Below, one piece after another: positions 20,175-28,751 of a DNA stretch of 64,000 bases; the stretch's first letter is position 1; each line of letters begins with the position of its first letter. Below the pieces are notes generated by a model, which saw only the letters and a list, made by a program, of their open reading frames with translations, made no database searches and was not told where the DNA came from. Source of the DNA: Sumerlaeia bacterium (GTDB taxonomy: Bacteria; Sumerlaeota; Sumerlaeia; SLMS01; JAHLLQ01); contig JAVJSW010000056.1 in NCBI GenBank assembly GCA_040219255.1, positions 62,999-126,998 on the forward strand, given 5' to 3'. The translations under genes were made by a program, and so were the position numbers.

Positions 20175-21815
20175 TCAGCGGCTCTTGCGCAGCTCGGCCA
20201 GGAAATCGTCGAAGGTCTTCTTGTCGCTCGCCCGCGTCACCACCACCACGTGGTGGCCGGTCTGGTTGGGCGAGAAAAACACGACCGCGCTCTCGCCCTT
20301 GGCATAGGTGCCTTTTTCCTCAAGCCCCAGCCGCGCCGCCGCGGCGCCGAAGAACTCCTTCGAGTCCGCCTCCGTGTCCCACACCGTCGTCCACTCGAAC
20401 AGCCAACGGTCGCCGTCATCGCTCGCAAAGGTCACGATGCGGTCGTTGCCCCATCCGGCCGCCGCGGCCGTGGCGGCCGGGTCCTTGACCATGAAGTTCG
20501 GGTTCAGCAGACTGAGGCTGGGAAAGTTCGCCGGGTCCACCAGCCACACCCGCGTGATCCACTCGCCCAGCGTGTTCAGGTACACCTGCTCGAGCCCGAG
20601 GCGCTCGGCCTTTTGGGCCAAAGATTCGGCCGCCGGAAAGTTGTAATCGGCGATGGGGCGCTCGTTGGCCTGGTATTTTTCGGGATGCAGAATCTGCTCG
20701 GTGCTGACCGGTGGCTGCTCGAAGGGCCGGTTACGCGCGGCGCCGGGCCCGATATAGCCCATTTCCGTATAGAATTCCATGCCGCCCAGGTAGGGGAACA
20801 GGAGCATCTGGACCAGCGCCGGGGGCGTTTCGTTCAGTTGATCCATGTTCTGCTTCAGCAGCGCCGGAATGTCCTTCATGATCGCCGCCAGGGACCCGTT
20901 CTCCATGCCCCATTCCATCATCAGCATCGTCGCGTCGCCCTCGAGGACGCAGGCCATCGCCAGATTCTGATCGTCGTTTTCCGTGCGGAAAGGCAGATCG
21001 GCGATGGGGAAATGCTGGTCCTGGATCGCGTGGGTGATTTCGTGGCACAGGATCACCTTACCGAAGAACGACGTCGGATCGAACACGTCCACCACATAGA
21101 GGGTCTTGCGCCGGTCGTCGTAGAGCCCGCCGACCTGGCCCTCGAGCAGCCCGCCGTAAAGAATCCGCAGGTCCGCGTCTTCAGGGATCAGGCCCAGGCC
21201 CTTCCAAGTGACCTCGGTGCCGCGCACCGCGGCGTCCGTCAGCTCTTCGTCCAGAAGCATCTTCAGCACCCCGGCCAGACCGTCGGCGTCGAGGACCTTG
21301 GGCGTCACCGGCTCTTTCAGTTCGAGCCCGCGGAGCCGGGCCGTCTCTTCCGCAACCTTCTTGACCAGAGCGTTGTAGCGCGCGGTCTTGACCTGTGGGC
21401 CGTCCAGCACACCGTCCAGCACCTCGCGGTAGGCCCGAGCCCGGGCCGCGCGCAGTTCCGCCTCCTTGGCCGCCGTCAGGAGCCGCTCGCCCTCATCCTC
21501 GCAGTCCGCCGGGATCGCCGGGTCTTCCTGCGCATAGGACGGCAAAGCCGCCTCGGCTCCCGTCTCCGAGGGCTCGGGCAGGGTCAGCCCGCCCTCGACG
21601 GAACCGGCCGCCGCCACGATTTCCTGGCGCAGTTCCCGAATCCGCGTTTGCAGGCCCGACAGCTCGCGCTCCGCCACCGATTGGCGCAGCTCAAGTTTGC
21701 GCAGCACCTCGGCGCAATCCGCCTCCTGGGCCATCGCCGCAGGCGCCTGAAACAGGCACCCCACGGTCAAAGTCGTCAGAACGAACCGCCGAAGCGGCGG
21801 GAATGAAACGGGCAT
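20175..21815 (-). CDS. Secreted putative zinc metallopeptidase with N-terminal coiled coil
   Basis: Signal peptide, GGLYD, HEITH (HExxH) with downstream EGDA, FPY..G, PPVSTEQILHPEKY and AAAGWGND. Confidence 0.75.
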   Translation of the reverse strand: MPVSFPPLRRFVLTTLTVGCLFQAPAAMAQEADCAEVLRKLELRQSVAERELSGLQTRIRELRQEIVAAAGSVEGGLTLPEPSETGAEAALPSYAQEDPAIPADCEDEGERLLTAAKEAELRAARARAYREVLDGVLDGPQVKTARYNALVKKVAEETARLRGLELKEPVTPKVLDADGLAGVLKMLLDEELTDAAVRGTEVTWKGLGLIPEDADLRILYGGLLEGQVGGLYDDRRKTLYVVDVFDPTSFFGKVILCHEITHAIQDQHFPIADLPFRTENDDQNLAMACVLEGDATMLMMEWGMENGSLAAIMKDIPALLKQNMDQLNETPPALVQMLLFPYLGGMEFYTEMGYIGPGAARNRPFEQPPVSTEQILHPEKYQANERPIADYNFPAAESLAQKAERLGLEQVYLNTLGEWITRVWLVDPANFPSLSLLNPNFMVKDPAATAAAAGWGNDRIVTFASDDGDRWLFEWTTVWDTEADSKEFFGAAAARLGLEEKGTYAKGESAVVFFSPNQTGHHVVVVTRASDKKTFDDFLAELRKSR

Positions 21816-21966
21816 GGAGAAACCTTTCGCGCGTCAAAAAAAAAGGGGAGCGGCCGAGCCGCCATCGGCGGTCACATCGCCCTTGCCGTAGCCGACCCCG
21901 CCCCGCAGGCTCGGGTTTGTGGCCCATGGCCACAGCCAAACTTGCACCAACCCAGAAGGAGGCGTC

Positions 21967-22539
21967 ATGCGGATTCTCGGGATCGACCCCGGATTGGCCA
22001 GCACCGGCGTCGGCGTCATCACCGACGAAGGCGCCGAAGCGGGCCGCTGGCGCGTTCTGGCCCACGACGATGTCCGCACCGCCGCCGCCGTGCCCATGGC
22101 CGAGCGGCTCGCCGCCATCCACCGCCTCGTCACCGAAACCGTCGCGGAGTACCGCCCCGACGTCGCCTCGGTCGAAGCCGTTTTCTTCGCCAAGAACGTC
22201 CGCAGCGCCATTCTGATGGCCCACGGGCGGGGTGTCGCGCTGTTGGCGGCGGCCCAGGGCGGCGCCGAAATTCGCGAATTCAGCGCCCTCGAAATCAAAC
22301 AGTCCGTCGTCGGCAAAGGCCGCGCCAGCAAAGAGCAGGTCATGCTCATGGTGCGTACGCTACTGGACCTCGAAGCCCTGCCCCCCAGCGACCACCAGGC
22401 CGATGCCCTCGCCTGCGCCCTGGCCCACGCCTACCGGTCGCGGCTGGTGGAACGGCTGAACGCGGCGGGGGGCGTCGAAGCGAACGCGGGCGCCAAGGCA
22501 CTCCTGGCCCAGGCTCGGCGGGGACGCAGGCGCCGGTAG
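21967..22539 (+). CDS. ruvC: Holliday junction resolvase RuvC
   Basis: MRILGIDPG, EAVFFAKN, KQSVVGKGRASKEQV and DHQADALA; AGGAGG SD upstream. Confidence 0.96.
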   Translation: MRILGIDPGLASTGVGVITDEGAEAGRWRVLAHDDVRTAAAVPMAERLAAIHRLVTETVAEYRPDVASVEAVFFAKNVRSAILMAHGRGVALLAAAQGGAEIREFSALEIKQSVVGKGRASKEQVMLMVRTLLDLEALPPSDHQADALACALAHAYRSRLVERLNAAGGVEANAGAKALLAQARRGRRRR

Positions 22540-22674
22540 GGGGAATTCGGTTCCGATCTCCAACCCGGGCTGGAGGACTCGATCCCGGCAAGAGTGTCAC
22601 AGATTTTCTTTGACTAAAGAAAATAGAGTATTAGGGTGGCCCGAACTTCGAATCGAAAGCGAGACGCCCCTCCC

Positions 22675-23409
22675 ATGCCGTTCCTTTCTCTTAAACCGAC
22701 CCGGGCCCTGGCGGCCGTGGAAATCCTGATCGTGGTGGCGGTCGTGGCGCTGCTGGCGCTGGTGGCTCTGACCCAGACGGACGTCGCGCAAACGCGGTCG
22801 AAGGTCGCGCGGGCCAAGGCCCAGCTCCGCAACGTGGCCGCGGCGCTCGAGGCCTACGCCGTGGATTCCCAGGCCTATCCGAATTCGACCGGCACGGGCG
22901 CGGCCCTGGTCCCAGGGGATGGCCCGGGGGCTTATTCGCCGCTCGCGCTCCTGACGACGCCGGTGGCGTACCTATCGGATGCGAGCCTCCTGCGCGATCC
23001 CTTCCCGATCCGCTACCGAAGGAGCGCTGCCACAGCCGAGCGGATGGCCCAGGCCCCCCTCATCGCCGTCTCGGAATTCGAGGCCGTCGCGGTGTCCAAT
23101 TCGCTCGTGTACCAGGCCTGCAATCCCCAGCAGCGGTATGTCATCCCGCCGGACAGCTTTTCGGACAGTACTCGGCACACCCATGCCAGCACCTACTTTC
23201 TCCATTCCGCCGGCCCCGACGCCACCTACCACAACCTCGGCGGAGTCCTGGCCAACGACCGCGAGTCCTCGGGCCCGATTCTCCTGATCTACGACCCGAC
23301 GAACGGCGTGTTCTCGGCCGGCAGCATCTACCGCGCGAACGGCGAAGGCGCCGGGTCGGCGATTTACGCGGGCGGTTCCGGGCTGTTCCGGGTGGCTGGA
23401 GGGTCGTAG
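22675..23409 (+). CDS. GspG/pseudopilin-like protein with YDPTNG C-terminal motif and atypical prepilin site
   Basis: RA-LAAVEILIVVAVVALLA hydrophobic helix, AQTRSKVARAKA..ALEAYAVD..YP, LTTPVAYL, SAGPD and YDPTNG. Confidence 0.8.
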   Translation: MPFLSLKPTRALAAVEILIVVAVVALLALVALTQTDVAQTRSKVARAKAQLRNVAAALEAYAVDSQAYPNSTGTGAALVPGDGPGAYSPLALLTTPVAYLSDASLLRDPFPIRYRRSAATAERMAQAPLIAVSEFEAVAVSNSLVYQACNPQQRYVIPPDSFSDSTRHTHASTYFLHSAGPDATYHNLGGVLANDRESSGPILLIYDPTNGVFSAGSIYRANGEGAGSAIYAGGSGLFRVAGGS

Positions 23410-23703
23410 AGGATTTGGGGGACGCGGTGGTTTGGGAGGGAGGAAGGATGGTCCGGTCAGGAGGTAGTCAGGACATAAGGAACTGATTTGGGCCGCGACA
23501 TGGGTTACACTTTCGCCTCGTCAGGTCACAGTCTCTGGTTCACGGGCGGCGACAAGGTGATTGGGAAGCGAGCGCGTCTCCTCGCGTCATGATTTCGTTC
23601 GTCATCTTCGGGATTCGGGAGGCTCAGGCTCGGTCGAACCCTGAGGCCAATTTAACGGTCAGCCGTTCGAGCGGAATCTTGGTAAGTCGAATAAAAAAAG
23701 CAA

Positions 23704-23732
23704 TCTCTGTGTCCTCCGCGCCTTTGCGGTGA
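23704..23732. repeat. Family B repeat arm (TCACC plus three 8-9 nt units)
   Basis: Reverse complement tcaccgcaaaggcgcggaggacacagaga, similar to the arms at 25100, 45009 and 61398. Confidence 0.6.
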
Positions 23733-23754
23733 TTTTCCTGCACCCGCCACCCTG

Positions 23755-23783
23755 TTGACAAACCCTCCGCCGCGTTCAATAAT
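23755..23783 (+). promoter_or_regulatory. Sigma70-type promoter of pilC
   Basis: TTGACA-N17-AATAAT about 45 nt upstream of the ATG at 23828. Confidence 0.65.
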
Positions 23784-23827
23784 TCAGGCCTGCACTTATC
23801 CTCTCTAACCCACGCGAGGTGTGGCTC

Positions 23828-25063
23828 ATGGCGGAGTTTTTCTACGAGGCCCTCGATAGGAACGGTCAGTCGGTTCGCGGGTTTCTGGAGGCCGGCGGGG
23901 AAGATGTGGTGGTGGAGCGGTTGCGGCGGATTGGCTACGCGGCGCTCAGCGTCGAGCGGCGGGGGAGGCCGCTGTGGCGGAGGGATATGCTGGCGGCGCT
24001 GCCGCTGCGCCGCAACCGGGTCAAGACGCGGCACCTAGCGACATTCACGCGTCAATTGGCCACGCTGCTGTCCGCCGGGTTGCCGCTGCGGCGGGCTCTG
24101 GGGGTGACGGCGCGCCAGACGGAGTCGGCGGGGCTGCGGAGGTGTCTGGCGCAAATCATCCGCGACATCGACAAGGGCGTGACCTTGGCGGAGGGTCTCG
24201 GCCGCCATCCGCGGATATTCGATGACGCTTATGTGAATATGGTGCGGGCTGGTGAAGTGGGCGGGATGATGGAATTCGCCCTGGGAAAACTGGCCGCCTA
24301 CGAAGAGCAGCGGGCCAAATGGCGGTCGCGGATTCGGTCGGCGCTCATGTACCCGGCGATGGTCTTCGTGGTGTCGGGGTTGGTCGTGGCGTTCCTTCTC
24401 TATAAGGTCGTTCCGAAGTTCGCGGAGATTTTCGAGCAGTTGGGGGCCGAGCTGCCGGGGCTGACGTCGGCCTTGGTTCGGGCGTCGGAGCTGGTGCGTT
24501 CGCCCGATGGGCTGTGGCTGCTGGCGGGCGCGGGGGTGGTGTGGTGGCTGGCGGGCAAGCTGTACGCGACGGACAGCGGCCGGTTGTTGACGCATCGGGT
24601 GTGGCTCAAGGTGCCGGTCTTCGGCGACCTGTACCGGAAAATGACCATCGCGCGCTTCGCCGGGACGTTCGCGGCGCTGCTGCGGGCCGGGGTGCCGATC
24701 CGCCAGGCCCTGCCGATCGTGCAGAGCGTGTGCGCCAACGAGGTGGTGGCGCGGGCCATCGCGCGCGTTCACGAGAACGTCATGGACGGCGAGCCGATGC
24801 ACGAGCCCATCGCGCAATGCCCGGTCTTTCCGCCCATCGTGGCGCGGATGGTGGCGGTGGGCGAGGAAACGGGCGAGGTGGACCGGTTGCTGGAGAAAAT
24901 CGAGGAAGCCTACGAGCGCGAGGTGGACGACATGGTGGCGGGTTTCGCGTCGATCATGGAGCCGCTGATGATCGTGTTCCTGGGCGTCATCATCGGGACG
25001 ATCGTGGTGGCGCTGTACGGATCAGTGAACATTTTCCCGTGCGGCTGCCGGATGGTGAAATGA
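23828..25063 (+). CDS. pilC: Type IV pilus/T2SS inner membrane platform protein (PilC/GspF)
   Basis: FTRQLATLLSAGLPL, MVRAGEVGG, ALMYP, MVAVGEETG and MEPLMIV motifs. Confidence 0.93.
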   Translation: MAEFFYEALDRNGQSVRGFLEAGGEDVVVERLRRIGYAALSVERRGRPLWRRDMLAALPLRRNRVKTRHLATFTRQLATLLSAGLPLRRALGVTARQTESAGLRRCLAQIIRDIDKGVTLAEGLGRHPRIFDDAYVNMVRAGEVGGMMEFALGKLAAYEEQRAKWRSRIRSALMYPAMVFVVSGLVVAFLLYKVVPKFAEIFEQLGAELPGLTSALVRASELVRSPDGLWLLAGAGVVWWLAGKLYATDSGRLLTHRVWLKVPVFGDLYRKMTIARFAGTFAALLRAGVPIRQALPIVQSVCANEVVARAIARVHENVMDGEPMHEPIAQCPVFPPIVARMVAVGEETGEVDRLLEKIEEAYEREVDDMVAGFASIMEPLMIVFLGVIIGTIVVALYGSVNIFPCGCRMVK

Positions 25064-25099
25064 CGAGCTGAAGCGGAGGACGGCGATTCCCTTCAAAAT

Positions 25100-25128
25100 T
25101 CACCACGGAGTCACAGAGAGCACGGAGA
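25100..25128. repeat. Family B repeat arm
   Basis: tcaccacggagtcacagagagcacggaga; possible degenerate partner ctctgtg...ctctgtgcctttactgtga at about 25323-25358. Confidence 0.65.
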
Positions 25129-25493
25129 ATATTGGGGTCATTGGGTTTCTTGGTGGGTTGGCGTGGGGTTGGAGGCACGAACGAGTCGGAGGAAATTTTT
25201 CCGCTGAGGCAGAGTTTCTGCCTGGCGCGAGGAAAAAGTGGTGGTGGACCACGCTGCGCTATGGTCTATGCGATTGATTTTGTTGAGTCCCTGGAGGACT
25301 CTCCGGTTCAGTTTTCAAGAACCTCTGTGAAGCCCCCTCCTCTGTGCCTTTACTGTGATTTAGGAGTCAGGGCTGAGGGGGCGGACGGGGGCAAAAAGCG
25401 TTGCGCTCGTTTGCCTGCAATGAATTGATTCGCGGGTTCCTAACCTGAGAACCCACTCGGCGCGCGTTGACCGGACGGCGCCAGCCGGAACTT

Positions 25494-27665
25494 ATGACAA
25501 ATCGAGAGGACCCGCTCGTGACCGAACTCAGCGTCAACGTCGGCGAACCCGACGCCAAAGGCAAACGCATCTCCCCCTGGGCCTGGATTCCGACGATCAA
25601 CTTCGCGTCCGGGATTCCCTTCGCCGTGGCTTCGCTGACGGCGGTTGCGGCCTACAAGACCTTGGGCAAGGGCAACGCGGAGATCGCGTTCTGGACCAGT
25701 CTGCTGTACCTGCCGTGGACGATCAAGCCGCTGTGGGGGCCGCTGGTGGAGAAGTACGGCACCAAGCGCAACTGGGCTCTCTGGATGCAGTTGGCGCTGG
25801 CCCTGGCCTTCGGCCTGACGGCGGTGGCGCTCCAGATGCCGTTCTGGTTCGCGATGTCTCTGGTGGGTCTGTTCGCCGTGGCGATCTGCAGCGCCACCCA
25901 CGACATCGCGGTCGACGGCCATTACCTGATGGCTTTGCGGGAAAATCAGCAGGCGTTCTTCGTCGGCATCCGGTCCACGTTCTATCGCGGCGCGATGCTG
26001 ACCGGAACGGGCGTGATGCCCCTGGTGGCGGGTTTGATCATCAACGCCACCGGGCCTGATCCGTACGTCAGCACAGTGAATGTCCAGGTCGCCCAGCAGG
26101 TTCAGTCACCCGGGGCGGCCATCGCGGAGGACGTGACCGATGTGGACACGCCGACGGACGTGCCAAGCGTAGCGCCCGACATCCACGAAGGCTCGACCGG
26201 TGTTCCCGCCGAAGTCTTCGAAGAATTCGCCGCCAGCGCCCAGACGGCGGGAACGGTCGACGGGATTCAGCTGCTGGTGGCGCCGCGTGACTTGACCATC
26301 GCGCCGGGCGAGAAGGGCACGCTGTACGTGCGGCTCTCAGCCCCCCCAGCAGAAAACGAAACGGTGGCGGTGATCACGGACTTCGACGAGGGCGACAAGG
26401 AAATCACCTTGGCGGAAGGCGGCCGGCTCGAGTTTACCGCCGAGAACTGGGATCAGCCTCAAGCTTTCGAGGTCTCCGCCAAAGGCACCATTGCCAAGCC
26501 GATGACGGCGACCTTCATCAGCCGGGCGGGCAACATTCCGCTGGCGTGGACGGTGGTCATCGCGGGCGCGGGCATTCTGTTTTTCCTCTTCTTCCTGTGG
26601 CACAACGTGTTCTTCCCGCGCCCCCGGATGGACGTGGCGACGCCGAACCTGCCGCCGTTCTGGCGCCCGGCGTCGATCCTTCTGGCTTCCGTGCTGGGGC
26701 CGTTCATTCTCATCTATGTGGCCTACCGGTTACCGAACGACGTAGGAATTTCGGCCGCGCTGCAGACCGTCATGATCGGCGAAGATCCGACCAGCACGGC
26801 GGTGAAGGGCTTCGCATTCGCCTGGTCGGCGGTGCGATGGATTGTGATTCTCGGCATCATCGGCCTGCTGCTGATGCTGGCGCCGATCCGCAAGGCCACG
26901 GGGTCGTTTTACCTCAAGGCTTCCGAAGCCAGCGGTATCGGCTTCGCGGACGTGTTCGTTTCGTTCTTCAAGAAGAAGGGCATTCTGATCATGCTCTTCT
27001 ATCTGCTGCTTTACCGGTTGGGCGAGGCCCACATCGCCAAGCTGGCGACGCCGTTCCTGCTGGATACGCGGGACGAGGGCGGGGTGGCGCTGACGCTGTC
27101 GCAGTACGGTGTGCTGTATGGCACGTTAGGTATCGCGGCGCTGACGGTCGGCGGAATTCTGGGCGGGCTGTTGATTTCGAAGCTGGGGCTCAAACGCTGG
27201 CTGGTTTTCGCGCTGGCTCTGGCGATCAACGTTCCCAACCTCGCCTATGTGATTCTGGCGGCCATCCAGCCCCAGGGCGAGATCCTGATCGGGGCCTGCA
27301 TCGTGACCGAGTACTTTGGCTACGGGCTCGGTTTCGCCGGCTATCTGATGTACATGATCTATGTGGCGCAGGGGCCCTACAAGACAGCGCACTACGCGCT
27401 GTGTACCGGGTTCATGGCGCTGGGCATGATGATTCCGGGGTTGTGGGCCGGTTTCCTCGAGGAACTGGTCGGCTACGTCTGGTTCTTCGTGATCGCGTGT
27501 TTGCTGACGATCCCGGGCATGGTGATGATCGCGTTCCTGCCCTTGGATGAAACGTTCGGCCGCAAGGCCAGCGGACCCGAGGACGAGTCCTCCCCGCCGA
27601 TGACCGGCGAACCCCTGGCGACGGACGCCGAGCCCAAGCCGGACGCGAAGAAGACCGAAGACTAA
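25494..27665 (+). CDS. AmpG-like MFS permease with large internal insertion
   Basis: PWAWIPT..FASGIP, LPWTIKPLWGP, SATHDIAVDG, LLYRLGE and TAHYALCTGFMALG motifs; about 720 aa versus about 420 typical. Confidence 0.85.
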   Translation: MTNREDPLVTELSVNVGEPDAKGKRISPWAWIPTINFASGIPFAVASLTAVAAYKTLGKGNAEIAFWTSLLYLPWTIKPLWGPLVEKYGTKRNWALWMQLALALAFGLTAVALQMPFWFAMSLVGLFAVAICSATHDIAVDGHYLMALRENQQAFFVGIRSTFYRGAMLTGTGVMPLVAGLIINATGPDPYVSTVNVQVAQQVQSPGAAIAEDVTDVDTPTDVPSVAPDIHEGSTGVPAEVFEEFAASAQTAGTVDGIQLLVAPRDLTIAPGEKGTLYVRLSAPPAENETVAVITDFDEGDKEITLAEGGRLEFTAENWDQPQAFEVSAKGTIAKPMTATFISRAGNIPLAWTVVIAGAGILFFLFFLWHNVFFPRPRMDVATPNLPPFWRPASILLASVLGPFILIYVAYRLPNDVGISAALQTVMIGEDPTSTAVKGFAFAWSAVRWIVILGIIGLLLMLAPIRKATGSFYLKASEASGIGFADVFVSFFKKKGILIMLFYLLLYRLGEAHIAKLATPFLLDTRDEGGVALTLSQYGVLYGTLGIAALTVGGILGGLLISKLGLKRWLVFALALAINVPNLAYVILAAIQPQGEILIGACIVTEYFGYGLGFAGYLMYMIYVAQGPYKTAHYALCTGFMALGMMIPGLWAGFLEELVGYVWFFVIACLLTIPGMVMIAFLPLDETFGRKASGPEDESSPPMTGEPLATDAEPKPDAKKTED

Positions 27666-27677
27666 GCTCCTTCACCC

Positions 27678-27703
27678 AGGCCTCCGGAAGCGGAGGCCTT
27701 TTT
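27678..27703 (+). terminator. Intrinsic terminator
   Basis: aggcctccg-gaag-cggaggcct followed by a T-run. Confidence 0.8.
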
Positions 27704-27869
27704 CATGGGTGGATATCTCCGGAGCGCCCCGAAATCTGCCGGAATTGCGGATTGACAGGCTGGCGGTGGCGAGCGATGGAAGTTCCTATTCCAATGTCAT
27801 TGAAAAGCACGCGGGGCGAACTCCGCGCCTTCGAGGACCTTTTCTTTCTGGCGGAAGGACAGTGCAGGC

Positions 27870-28751
27870 ATGAGTAACTCCTTTAGCGAACATCTGGCGA
27901 TCAGGATCATCTTCCGCTCTGTTCTCGGCTTCTTCATCTTTCTGGTGCTGGGGATGGTGTTCATCGCGGAGCATTCCAGCATCGGCTGGTGGTCGGTTCT
28001 GGTGGGGATTGGGGCGGTTTTCTTTTTGATCGCGGGAGCGCGGGCGTTGTTCGATCCCCAGACCATGCGCTACGACGCCGCGCTGGGGTTTGTGCCGAAC
28101 GTGCTGGCGGACGCGCCGATTCGGCTGTTCAGCGTGGCGTTCGTCCTGGGCGGCGGCGGTGGGCTCGGGTATCTGATATACGATTTCCACATGGAGACGT
28201 CCAAGGTCGAGAAGTTCGCGATGGCCTGTCGGCCTTACTGTCAGCGGGATTTGCTCGTGCGCTATCATTGGGACGAGGGCGTACAGGTCACCAAGCCGCA
28301 AGAGACCATCAGGGATTATCTCTACGCACACTCGAGCGGGCTCTTCATCGAACCGAACGAGATCGATCGCCATCGCATCGAAGAGCAGGCCTACGAAGTG
28401 GTTTATCGGGCGCGGCAGTTGATCCTGAAGGAAGACGAGGCCACCGCCAAAGCCCGCATGGAGGGGCTGGATCCGAACATGGTGGCGATGATGGCCCAGA
28501 CCTCGACAGCCAGCGACGAACCACTGCGAGCCCAAGGCCTGGAAGAGGTGAAGGCCACAGCCCTCGCCGAAGCTGACGCGCTGCTGGAAACCGCGAGCGA
28601 GCGCTGGCGCGCGGGCGACATCGCGGGGGCTCTGGAGGCGGCGAAGGCGGCGGGACGTATTCGCCGCGAGCACCTGGGCGACGGCCACCCGAAGGTGGAA
28701 GAGGTCAAGCGGATGGTCTTGGCGGCGCAGCAGCGCCTGGCTTCTCAATAA
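27870..28751 (+). CDS. Hypothetical membrane protein with C-terminal TPR-like helix pair
   Basis: Three N-terminal TM segments; C-terminal IRREHLGDGHPKV resembles TPR_10/12 repeats. Confidence 0.65.
   Translation: MSNSFSEHLAIRIIFRSVLGFFIFLVLGMVFIAEHSSIGWWSVLVGIGAVFFLIAGARALFDPQTMRYDAALGFVPNVLADAPIRLFSVAFVLGGGGGLGYLIYDFHMETSKVEKFAMACRPYCQRDLLVRYHWDEGVQVTKPQETIRDYLYAHSSGLFIEPNEIDRHRIEEQAYEVVYRARQLILKEDEATAKARMEGLDPNMVAMMAQTSTASDEPLRAQGLEEVKATALAEADALLETASERWRAGDIAGALEAAKAAGRIRREHLGDGHPKVEEVKRMVLAAQQRLASQ

Noticed and set aside
21836-21890. Attenuator or riboswitch before the 21815 gene
   Set aside because: A weak hairpin plus T-run exists on the minus strand, but there is little room for an aptamer in the divergent ruvC gap and the T-run abuts a TTGACG promoter-like hexamer.
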